A DNA stretch of 32,000 nucleotides, taken from NCBI GenBank assembly GCA_003559395.1, contig PWLL01000077.1:1-32000 (forward strand), read 5' to 3'. A program made the translations under genes and the position numbers. How positions within the stretch are numbered: position 1 is the stretch's first letter; each line of letters starts with the position of its first letter. Under the pieces are notes generated by a model, which was not told the origin of the DNA, made no database searches, and saw only the letters and a list, made by a program, of their open reading frames with translations. The stretch is from Candidatus Iainarchaeum sp. (GTDB lineage Archaea > Iainarchaeota > Iainarchaeia > Iainarchaeales > CSSED10-239). Positions 24,309-32,000 of the stretch are shown in pieces.

Positions 24309-24311
24309 AAA

Positions 24312-25922
24312 ATGTGTGAGTGGTATGAATTTGAAGGATTGGACAGAATAAAGAATGTTTACAAAAAACATTCTTTGCAAGACTTTTTTAATTGGTGGAA
24401 TGACGAAAAAAATCAAGTAATGGAGATAAGGTTTCAGGAATGGAAGTATGCCGACGAATGTTCTAAATTGTTTTTTGTGCAAAAACACAAACAAAGTGTT
24501 TTTATAGATAACCACGAAAAATTAATAAAAATTGTTAAATATTTTAGTAAACACACAACAATGTGGTTTGGTGTTAATCCAAAAAAGAAAACACTAAACA
24601 AATATGGTAAAAACAAATATAACGATTTGGACATCGGTATAAGCAAAATAAAACATATTTTTATAGATATTGATAGAAAACAAAAAAATGGTCCTGCAAC
24701 AAAACAAGATTTGATGCAAGCAGATTTTTTAGCTAATAAAATATTAGAACAACTATCTTTGCAAAAGTTTGATAAAAATTATATGAAAATATGTTCTGGC
24801 AACGGTTTACAACTAATAATAAAATTAGATATTCCAATAGTTTTACCAAACGCAGAATTTGATGAAACTATAGAAAAATATATTGAAACATTGTTGTTTA
24901 AAGAAATAAAAAAAACAATAAAAGAGGGCATAGGAAAAGTATTAATTAATTATTCTGCAAAAATAGGCAAACAATATTTAGAAGATTGTGGAGAAGAGTT
25001 TAATGCAGAAGTTGATACAACATGTTTTAATATAGGGCGGGTTGGTGCTTTACCTTATAGTTTTAATTTTAAACACAATACAATGATTCCTAGAGGAATA
25101 GTAGAAATAAAAAATACAGGCAACAACGAAGGTTTAACTGATTACCTTAAACAACTTTTTGAAGAAAAAAAACAAAGAACCAAAACAATTAAACACAACA
25201 ACGAATCATTAATATGTTTATCAGAAGAATATAGATTAAAAGAAAATCAATTAAAAAAAAACACTTTAATACAATTAATGTTAGAACACGAGTTCCCAAA
25301 TGGTGGAATAAACAATACGTTGTGGTATAGTTTAAAAATATTATTACACCAATCGGGAATAACTCACAATAACCACGAGTATATTAAATTACACGAACGA
25401 TTAAAAAAAATTCATAATAGAACTTTCACCGATAATGGTTTAGAAGAAGAATATAAAAACAATTATAATGGTTCAATAAAAATTGATGATATAAACTTTG
25501 TTCCAACAACAGTTAATAAATATTTAAGATTAAATAAAATAAAAAAACTTGGCAGTGACGAATTGTTTTATCACAAACCGATATTTCCTGTTAGTATAAA
25601 AGGTAAAACAAAACTACAACACATAATTGATATTACTAAATTTTCATCACAACAACAGACAACACAAAAATATGATTTGTGTGCGTCAGACCCATTAGAT
25701 GATTTAAAACAACTATCAACACTTTTGTTTAACATAAGAAAAGGTTCAAAAATATCAGAAAATTTAATAGGAACGTCTTCCGGAAACATTTTAATAAATA
25801 TGCAATTACAAGAAATTTTTAGTGATTTTATGCAAAGTTTTTTAGAAAAATGGAAACAAGAAGTGTTTGATTATATGTTAAAATATTATATGGAAGATTA
25901 TCTTAATTATCAAAAATGGTGA
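24312..25922 (+). CDS. Archaeo-eukaryotic-type primase (AEP / prim-pol) with a C-terminal extension
   Basis: HIFIDIDRK (DxD), CSGNGLQLIIKLD (sGxGxH-like, with Q in place of H), RVGALPYSFNFKH (motif III-like). Confidence 0.65.
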   Translation: MCEWYEFEGLDRIKNVYKKHSLQDFFNWWNDEKNQVMEIRFQEWKYADECSKLFFVQKHKQSVFIDNHEKLIKIVKYFSKHTTMWFGVNPKKKTLNKYGKNKYNDLDIGISKIKHIFIDIDRKQKNGPATKQDLMQADFLANKILEQLSLQKFDKNYMKICSGNGLQLIIKLDIPIVLPNAEFDETIEKYIETLLFKEIKKTIKEGIGKVLINYSAKIGKQYLEDCGEEFNAEVDTTCFNIGRVGALPYSFNFKHNTMIPRGIVEIKNTGNNEGLTDYLKQLFEEKKQRTKTIKHNNESLICLSEEYRLKENQLKKNTLIQLMLEHEFPNGGINNTLWYSLKILLHQSGITHNNHEYIKLHERLKKIHNRTFTDNGLEEEYKNNYNGSIKIDDINFVPTTVNKYLRLNKIKKLGSDELFYHKPIFPVSIKGKTKLQHIIDITKFSSQQQTTQKYDLCASDPLDDLKQLSTLLFNIRKGSKISENLIGTSSGNILINMQLQEIFSDFMQSFLEKWKQEVFDYMLKYYMEDYLNYQKW

Positions 25923-25928
25923 GTTTGT

Positions 25929-26180
25929 TTGAGATTAAAAAAACATTTAAATCTATTTGTAAAAATTTTAATAAAAATATTAGAACAATCACTTGATAAA
26001 AGATATTCTATACAAGAATTAAATGAAAAGTTTAACGGTGTTTTAAAAGATAAAAGGTTATCAATTAACACCAAACAATTGAGTAGTGTTATAAAACAAC
26101 AAGACCAATTCAAGTATGAAAAAGATAAAACTTTTTACGAATTTACAAAAAACGAAACTTATATAAAGGAAAACTTTTAA
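25929..26180 (+). CDS. Hypothetical small protein
   Basis: ORF track. Confidence 0.4.
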   Translation: MRLKKHLNLFVKILIKILEQSLDKRYSIQELNEKFNGVLKDKRLSINTKQLSSVIKQQDQFKYEKDKTFYEFTKNETYIKENF

Positions 26181-26190
26181 TAATAATATT

Positions 26191-26541
26191 ATGATAATAA
26201 CAGTTTACATAATGTTGCAAGTTTTAGCCATTCTTGTGTTATTTTTGGCGTTTGTAGTAAAAATGCCATTAGTTTCTTTAATGGCAATGATACCTTCCGC
26301 TATTTTGATGACTGGTGCAAGAACACTAGAAATAGGTAGCCAATATGTTTTTAATCCTACAATAATGGCATATGTTCGAGAACCTATAGTTGTTTCTACA
26401 AGTTATTTGGCGACACTTAACATAATAATTTTTGGTTTAGGACTATTGTTGTTTGTATATGATTTATTTACAGTAATACAAGAGGAGTTAAAAGGCAAAG
26501 GAAATATTAGGGCGAGCAATTTGTTTAGAAAAAATGACTAA
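26191..26541 (+). CDS. Membrane protein (about 3 TM helices)
   Basis: ORF track. Hydrophobic helices. The TATA-like CTTATATAAA at 26158-26167 ends 23 nt before the ATG. Confidence 0.55.
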   Translation: MIITVYIMLQVLAILVLFLAFVVKMPLVSLMAMIPSAILMTGARTLEIGSQYVFNPTIMAYVREPIVVSTSYLATLNIIIFGLGLLLFVYDLFTVIQEELKGKGNIRASNLFRKND

Positions 26542-27181
26542 AAAAATATTTTTACTTTTATTGTTAAGTGTAGTTTTTATTAGTGGTTGCTATCAAGAAG
26601 GTGCAGTTCCACCAATTCATCAAACTTTTTATGATGTTGATTTAGGTAATATCACAGTAAAAAATTTAAAAACAGATTCGTTTGAATTAATGATTCCTGT
26701 AGAGGTAGATTTAAGATTTCCTGTAACTTTAATAAAACAAGGTCAAACCAACCCCCCTGAACAAACAGATTTTACTTTAGATTTTTCTCATAGTAGAGTA
26801 GAAAATGCTTATGTTGTTGCACAAATGTCTCATATTAGAGCAGAAAACACTAACATTACAGCACATTTTCATTGGCAAACCGCAAACAATAATGCAGGCG
26901 ATGTTGTATGGGGCATTAAATATTCTTGTGCTAGTATAGATTCAAGTTTTCCTGATTTTCAAACTAAAACGGTTGTTTCTTCTAGTGTTGAAAATTCAAC
27001 TATTCATATAATGAGTGATGAAATTTTGATAGAAGCAGAAGATTTAGGTGTTAGTGGAATTTGTAAAATAGAATTATTCAGAGATACAAACGATATTAGA
27101 GATACTTATGTTGGTGATGCAAAATTAATAGGGTTTGACATTCATTATTTAGTAAATAAATTGGGTGAAACCCTTAGTTAA
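26534..27181 (+). CDS. Putative lipoprotein
   Basis: Signal peptide MTKKIFLLLLLSVVFISGC with a lipobox-like ISGC. Confidence 0.6.
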   Translation: MTKKIFLLLLLSVVFISGCYQEGAVPPIHQTFYDVDLGNITVKNLKTDSFELMIPVEVDLRFPVTLIKQGQTNPPEQTDFTLDFSHSRVENAYVVAQMSHIRAENTNITAHFHWQTANNNAGDVVWGIKYSCASIDSSFPDFQTKTVVSSSVENSTIHIMSDEILIEAEDLGVSGICKIELFRDTNDIRDTYVGDAKLIGFDIHYLVNKLGETLS

Positions 27182-27221
27182 AAAAAATATATATATAAAG
27201 GAATAGTTATAAATACACTTT

Positions 27222-29429
27222 ATGTTACAAAATATGTTTAAAAAAATCAACAAAGGAGAATTTTCTAAAACTTTCAATAATATAAATAATAATATGTTTA
27301 ACAACTTTTCTAAACAAAACAATCCTAAAATAGATATGTTTAGCAAAAACCTTTTTACACCTAATCGTTCATATGAAGGTGCAGACGATTTAACAGCCGC
27401 ACAAAAGTTTGGTGGGCAAAACTTACAAGGATTACAAAAAATTGGTTCTGGTAGAGATAGAGACGTTTATGCACTAGATAAAGATAAGGTTTTAAAAGTT
27501 GCAAAAAATCCAGGTGGTTTAACACAAAACACCGGAGAAAGAGACCTCGTATACCTAGGAATGGGCGAACAATTAGAACATGGAAAAGATTATGTAGTAA
27601 TGAAAAGACAACAACCACTAAGCAAAGAAGGTAAACAAAAACTTGCTAAGGTTAGAAAAATAGCTTCTGAACATTCAACAATCTCGCCTAGTTATAGAAC
27701 AGATGTCGCATCAGATTTATCAAGAGATGATAGTGTTTTGGACCAAGTTGGTATCGGTAAAGACATATTAGACTTTCAACCAAACCCACAAGAAGCATTT
27801 GCTAATCGTCAATGGGGCGAAGATGAAGAAGGAAACTTAGTATTATTAGATGGTGGAGCATTACAAGACAATAAATCACTTTCACGTTACAGAGTAAAAG
27901 ATTATAAACCCGAAGATTGGCAATATCAAGACTGGCAAGAAGTCCAAAGACAAAGACAAGAGTTTAGAGACAAAGGAACCTACGATAAAGAAAAAAAGTT
28001 TAATAGAAAATATTATGTTGACCCCGCATATCCTTATAGAGAAACATTTAATGAATTAACAGAAGAACAAAGACAAGAAGAACGTAGTGAATTTTTACGA
28101 AAACAATATGAACAACAACCATTACAAGACGACGAAAGTAAGAATGATAAAATATTATTCCCTCAAACATTAAAAGAAAAAAATATACATTTTAAAGATG
28201 AAGTAATAAGTCCTAGACATAAAAGAATATTATTAAAACAATTAAGAAAAAACCCAGAAATGTTGAGTAAAAAAGAAACAGAAAGACCACTAATAATACA
28301 AACCGCCAGCAAAGAGTATATAAAAGGTTATGCTCAAGTTGAAGTTCCGAGTGGAAATGATTTTGAAAGCCCATATGTAATGTCTATAGCATATCCTACA
28401 ATAGGAAAAAAATATGACCCTGATTTTGATAAATATTTAGAAGAAAATCCAGAATTAGATAGAGAAACAGAAACACAAAAATATCTTAAATCACAACATA
28501 ATTTAACACGAACTCTTGGTCACGAGTTTCAACACGTGTCACAAATAGAAAGAAAACAACCAAATATATTTAGAGATACATATTATCAATTTCAAGATGA
28601 ATATGAAGAAGACGCCAACAAATATGGTAAAGAATTATCAGAGAAACCAAAACCGACCCCAAGACCAGATGTTTTACAAACATTAGAAGAACCGATAGAA
28701 GATGAAGAAAGTAAGAATTTTAATAAATATGACGAAGCTATAAAACGAACAAAATTGTGGGAAGTAGAAAATATAAAAGAATGTATGAAAGGAGAAGGCG
28801 GATATGTGTGTTTTGATTATCATGATATAGAACAACCAAATGAAGAATATTTAGATGAAAATAAACCCACAACAAAAAAAGAAAACAAGATATTAAACAT
28901 ATTAGATAAAGGGTTTCATATGAGTTTTGGCGAAGAAGAAAAAAACAAAAAACCAAAATTATATTTATATGATGCAGATGATAAAGAAGCAGAATTATTA
29001 AAAAAAGAACTTGGTGTTGAAAATGTTGTTCGTGGTCGGATGTCGTTAGACAATGAACCATTACAAGACGAAGAAAGTAAGAATTTAATACAATCGTTAT
29101 GGCACGCAGGAGATAAACCACCTTCAGAAACATTGAATGAACAAGGAAGAGTCTTTGGTTTTTCTAGTAAAGAATACGCTGATGGTTGGAGAGAAAAAAA
29201 AGGTAAACAAAACATATACCAATTTACAACAGACGAATACATCTTAGACGATAAAACATATATAAGAGACACGCCGACAGGAAAAAAATATAATGATAAT
29301 GAGTATATAGTGAAAAATGTGTTAAACGAGTCAATATTTGTAGACGACGAAAGTAAGGGTCAATCACTCCTCCCTGAAGGGCAGAGTCTTCTCGAACAAG
29401 GTGATAAACGAAAACGAATAATAAAATGA
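27222..29429 (+). CDS. 735-aa modular protein: weak kinase-like N-terminal region, HExxH region, four [EQ]P[LI][QE]D[DE]ESKN-type linkers
   Basis: KIGSGRDRDVYALDKDKVLKVAK (Gly-loop / VAxK-like, weak). TLGHEFQHVSQ (HExxH). Linker motifs at nt 28119-28145, 28689-28718, 29058-29084 and 29340-29359. Confidence 0.6.
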   Translation: MLQNMFKKINKGEFSKTFNNINNNMFNNFSKQNNPKIDMFSKNLFTPNRSYEGADDLTAAQKFGGQNLQGLQKIGSGRDRDVYALDKDKVLKVAKNPGGLTQNTGERDLVYLGMGEQLEHGKDYVVMKRQQPLSKEGKQKLAKVRKIASEHSTISPSYRTDVASDLSRDDSVLDQVGIGKDILDFQPNPQEAFANRQWGEDEEGNLVLLDGGALQDNKSLSRYRVKDYKPEDWQYQDWQEVQRQRQEFRDKGTYDKEKKFNRKYYVDPAYPYRETFNELTEEQRQEERSEFLRKQYEQQPLQDDESKNDKILFPQTLKEKNIHFKDEVISPRHKRILLKQLRKNPEMLSKKETERPLIIQTASKEYIKGYAQVEVPSGNDFESPYVMSIAYPTIGKKYDPDFDKYLEENPELDRETETQKYLKSQHNLTRTLGHEFQHVSQIERKQPNIFRDTYYQFQDEYEEDANKYGKELSEKPKPTPRPDVLQTLEEPIEDEESKNFNKYDEAIKRTKLWEVENIKECMKGEGGYVCFDYHDIEQPNEEYLDENKPTTKKENKILNILDKGFHMSFGEEEKNKKPKLYLYDADDKEAELLKKELGVENVVRGRMSLDNEPLQDEESKNLIQSLWHAGDKPPSETLNEQGRVFGFSSKEYADGWREKKGKQNIYQFTTDEYILDDKTYIRDTPTGKKYNDNEYIVKNVLNESIFVDDESKGQSLLPEGQSLLEQGDKRKRIIK
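29359..29408 (+). repeat. Unoccupied copy of the IscB insertion site (left and right flanks joined)
   Basis: 29359-29380 matches the reverse complement of 4192-4213 at 21/22 positions (T at 29368 against C). 29381-29408 matches the reverse complement of 2711-2738 at 28/28. An exact 37-nt run, 29372-29408, matches the reverse complement of 2711-2747. Confidence 0.75.
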
Positions 29430-30031
29430 ATACAAAAAATATTTTAAATAATTTTTTAGGTAATGTAAAAAAAGAACAAAATAGTTACAAACCTAAAAAA
29501 TTTAAACCTTTAAGAGAAATGACAATAGCAGATAAACCTGTGCAAATATTCAATAATCATCCAATACCAAAAAAATCAGTAATAGAAAAAGTTTACGATA
29601 AAATACCTGATGATACAAACATTCCTTTACAATTTATGACTAGGGAACAATACGTAAAAAAATATGTAAAAAATCAAGAACTTGCAAACGGACAAGGTTT
29701 TGATAAACAAATAAAACAAGAATTTTTTGATTACAAAAAAGACAAGTATGCAAATATTGTTGGTAGATACACAACTAAAAATAATTCTTTTTATGAACCA
29801 GCAGTTATAATATTCAACGACCCAGAAAATCAATCAAACATTAAAGGAAAAAAATTTAAAGAACTCGCTTGGCACGAATATGGTCATGAGTTAGTAGAAC
29901 AAAAACAAATAGAAATGTGTGAATTAACAGAAGAAGAGTTTGCAGATTATTTAGCAGAAGAAATGGTTCACAATAATCAAGATTGCCCAAAAAAAGTTTT
30001 AAAAACATTTCTCAAAAATAGAAACATTTAA
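29426..30031 (+). CDS. Putative small zinc metallopeptidase-like protein (HExxH)
   Basis: ELAWHEYGHELVEQ. ATGA-coupled to the upstream gene. Confidence 0.45.
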   Translation: MNTKNILNNFLGNVKKEQNSYKPKKFKPLREMTIADKPVQIFNNHPIPKKSVIEKVYDKIPDDTNIPLQFMTREQYVKKYVKNQELANGQGFDKQIKQEFFDYKKDKYANIVGRYTTKNNSFYEPAVIIFNDPENQSNIKGKKFKELAWHEYGHELVEQKQIEMCELTEEEFADYLAEEMVHNNQDCPKKVLKTFLKNRNI

Positions 30032-30034
30032 ATA
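30022..30034 (+). promoter_or_regulatory. BRE/TATA-like box AAACATTTAAATA
   Basis: The TATA element (30027-30034) ends 24 nt before the ATG at 30059, which suggests a leaderless mRNA. It overlaps the stop codon of the upstream gene. Confidence 0.45.
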
Positions 30035-30058
30035 CATAAACATATATATATACTTATT

Positions 30059-30235
30059 ATGGTATATATAGGATTTAATGTTGAAGAAAAAAAAGTAGAA
30101 CAATTAAAAATTATTTCTTTTATTACAAAAAAAACTAGAACAGATTTAATAATAGAAGGATTAAATCTCGTAATAGATAAACACAAAGATAGTTTTGAAA
30201 CTTTTTCACAACAAGTAAAACAATTAAAAAAATGA
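30059..30235 (+). CDS. Ribbon-helix-helix small protein (58 aa)
   Basis: Below the ORF-track cut-off. MVYIGFNVEEKKVEQLKIISFITKKTRTDLIIEGLNLVIDKH... The stop overlaps the ATPase ATG (ATGA). Confidence 0.55.
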   Translation: MVYIGFNVEEKKVEQLKIISFITKKTRTDLIIEGLNLVIDKHKDSFETFSQQVKQLKK

Positions 30236-32000
30236 GTAATGCACAATTAGGTTATGGAAAGCGTAGATTAGTAGCAGAAATAATAAAAAAAACTTGGGAT
30301 GTAGAAGACCCTTACCAAATAAAACTTGGTTTAAACGACATTTATTATATTGTGCAAGAAATGAATGCTGAAGAAGGAAAAGCATATTTAGAAAACAGAC
30401 CATTAAGTGCCAGAGGATTTAATGTTTTTAGATATTTTGCTCAACACTTACTTTATAGAAACTTGGCTAATTACGATAGTATGGTGTTGTTGACATCAGA
30501 CAAAGGTTGTTTAACAGATGATGCAAAAATTATGCTTCCTAGAGATTTATTAAAATATCCAGATGGCGTTCCTATAAAAGACTTAATTGACAAAGGAGAA
30601 ATTTATGTATATTCTTTTAATATTAATACTAAAAAATTAGAATTAAAAAAATCAGACGGTGTTGAATTTGTAAAAAATGACGATGTTTATGAAGTAGAAT
30701 TAACTACAGGACAAAAAATAAACGCAACCTCTGAACACCCATTTTTATTAATGGATGGTTCATATAAACAATTAAAAGATTTGGTGTGGTTGGGTGGTCG
30801 GAAAGACACAGACAGATTACGAATGATATTTCCAAAAGTATCAAAATATGGTGGCATAATAAAAAACATAAAACATTTGGGTAAGAAAAATGTTTATGAT
30901 ATCGTTAATGTTAGAGATAATCACAATTTTATAGCTAACGGGTTCGTCGTCTCTAATTCAGGGAAAAGCTCCGCGGCAATACTTCTTGCTAGAGCTTGGT
31001 GTAATATAATAGGAATAAAATTTAATCCTAGTAGACACATAGCTTATAGTAATAGAGATGTTATGAACAAAATAGAAATATTAAACAAATGGGAACCATT
31101 AATTGCCGACGAGTCAGTGAGGTTCTGTTGTGTTGAAGGCAATACTTTAATACAAACAAAAGAAGGAGAATTTAGAATTAAAGACCTTGTTGATAAAACA
31201 AATTTTGAAGTATTGTCATATGACGAAAAAACAAAACAGTTTGAATATAAAAAAGCCGAAAAATGTATTAAAACAAAAACAGATTATGTATATGAATTAG
31301 AAACTTTTTGCGGTAAAAAAATAAGATGTACAAAAGAACACAAATTTTTAACAAATGATGGTTGGAAAAAATTAAAAGAACTAATAGATAATGACATATT
31401 AATTAATGATTTAAAAATAAAATCAATTACAAAACTAACAAAAACACAAACATATGATATAATTAATGTTAAAGACAATAATAATTATATTGCAAACGGT
31501 TTTATTGTGCATAATAGTACAATGGATTGGGCTAAGAAAGAATCTAAAGAGTTGAGAAAAAAACTTGCAGAAGTAAGAACAAAACATTTGTTGTTTATTT
31601 TATGTTTTCCATTAAAAGTTACAAAAGTAGAAAAAACTTATTTAGATAGTTTTGTTAATTATTGGATAGCTTTGTTTGGTAGAGGAGTTGGTTCAATATT
31701 TGTTAAAGACCAAAATCCTGCCAACGACCCTTGGCGTATAAAAGAATTTAAAGATATTGGTTCATACACAGAGTTTACTTCTATTACAGACATTGAAAAA
31801 AAATTAAAAAAACACCCAAACTTTTGGCAAATAATAAAATTTCCTAAACCACCAGATTGGCTTTATCAAAAGTATTTAGAAATAAGAGAGAAAAACGTTT
31901 ACAATGAAGATAGTGTTAGAGAAAGTGTGACAGTAGAAGATGTTCATAGAGCATTAATGGTTTTGGCTTTACAAGACATTATGATGAATGACGTAACTTT
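30232..32000 (+). CDS. P-loop NTPase (possibly a packaging ATPase or terminase-like) interrupted by two mini-inteins; partial, runs off the right edge
   Basis: Absent from the ORF track because it has no stop in the window. I translated it in frame to 31998. After removing the inteins, Walker A reads LLTSDKG|SGKSSAAIL and Walker B reads PLIADE. The functional assignment is uncertain. Confidence 0.7.
   Translation, partial: MSNAQLGYGKRRLVAEIIKKTWDVEDPYQIKLGLNDIYYIVQEMNAEEGKAYLENRPLSARGFNVFRYFAQHLLYRNLANYDSMVLLTSDKGCLTDDAKIMLPRDLLKYPDGVPIKDLIDKGEIYVYSFNINTKKLELKKSDGVEFVKNDDVYEVELTTGQKINATSEHPFLLMDGSYKQLKDLVWLGGRKDTDRLRMIFPKVSKYGGIIKNIKHLGKKNVYDIVNVRDNHNFIANGFVVSNSGKSSAAILLARAWCNIIGIKFNPSRHIAYSNRDVMNKIEILNKWEPLIADESVRFCCVEGNTLIQTKEGEFRIKDLVDKTNFEVLSYDEKTKQFEYKKAEKCIKTKTDYVYELETFCGKKIRCTKEHKFLTNDGWKKLKELIDNDILINDLKIKSITKLTKTQTYDIINVKDNNNYIANGFIVHNSTMDWAKKESKELRKKLAEVRTKHLLFILCFPLKVTKVEKTYLDSFVNYWIALFGRGVGSIFVKDQNPANDPWRIKEFKDIGSYTEFTSITDIEKKLKKHPNFWQIIKFPKPPDWLYQKYLEIREKNVYNEDSVRESVTVEDVHRALMVLALQDIMMNDVT
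30508..30957 (+). mobile_element. Mini-intein 1 (150 aa) inserted in the P-loop
   Basis: Block A CLTDDAKIML, block B TSEHPFL, block F VYDIVNVRDNHNFIANG, block G FVVSN followed by +1 Ser. No homing-endonuclease domain. The penultimate residue is Ser rather than His. Confidence 0.75.
31129..31515 (+). mobile_element. Mini-intein 2 (129 aa) inserted just after Walker B
   Basis: Block A CVEGNTLIQT, block B TKEHKFL, block F TYDIINVKDNNNYIANG, block G FIVHN followed by +1 Ser. Its start could be the preceding Cys codon at 31126. Confidence 0.75.

Noticed and set aside
28131-28145. The recurring GAAAGTAAGAAT looked like a spliceosomal 5' splice-site string (GTAAG).
   Set aside because: There is no matching branch or acceptor signal, and the reading frame continues through every copy. 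A spliceosomal context is implausible in this genome. It is better read as a repeated peptide linker.
29359-29408. The shared C-terminal peptide QSLLPEGQSLLEQGDK as a PCNA-interacting (PIP-box) motif.
   Set aside because: The Q-x-x-L pattern is present, but the aromatic pair that defines PIP boxes is missing. It is mentioned only as something to test, not as a call.

Overview
This is an AT-rich window (about 25-30% G+C by eye). It looks like part of a virus or virus-like mobile replicon with an archaeal-type replication apparatus. All calls rest on motif reading by eye; no searches were run, and hand-derived coordinates may be off by a few nt.

Layout: two divergent gene blocks.
- Minus strand, 1-19578: family B DNA polymerase (runs off the left edge), a possible gp62-like protein, an RFC-like clamp loader, a PCNA-like clamp, a Cas4-like nuclease/SF2 helicase fusion, a four-gene glycosyltransferase/methyltransferase island, a second SF2 helicase, two tandem paralogous DNA methyltransferases, and a run of very small membrane and zinc-ribbon proteins.
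- Plus strand, 20700-32000: a ribbon-helix-helix (RHH) protein, an MCM-like helicase, an archaeo-eukaryotic-type (AEP) primase, membrane and lipoprotein genes, a 735-aa modular protein, an HExxH protein, a second RHH protein, and a P-loop ATPase split by two mini-inteins (runs off the right edge).
- The ~1.1-kb gap at 19.6-20.7 kb carries about 16 copies of the palindromic heptamer TGT(G/C)ACA and is a likely replication origin.
- Transcription units start with a conserved AAAACATTTATATA (BRE/TATA-like) box. Several start codons sit 22-25 nt downstream of it, which suggests leaderless mRNAs.

Main finding: an apparently intact IscB RNA-guided nuclease with a G+C-rich candidate omega-RNA region forms a ~1.45-kb insertion (2739-4191) in the 3' end of the gene next to the clamp loader. 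Each end of the insertion has a hairpin with a CCC-TTCA-GGG core. A contiguous 50-nt block at 29359-29408, in an unrelated gene, reproduces the two flanks of the insertion joined together (21/22 nt and 28/28 nt). This looks like an unoccupied second target site in the same genome that nearly matches the predicted IscB guide.
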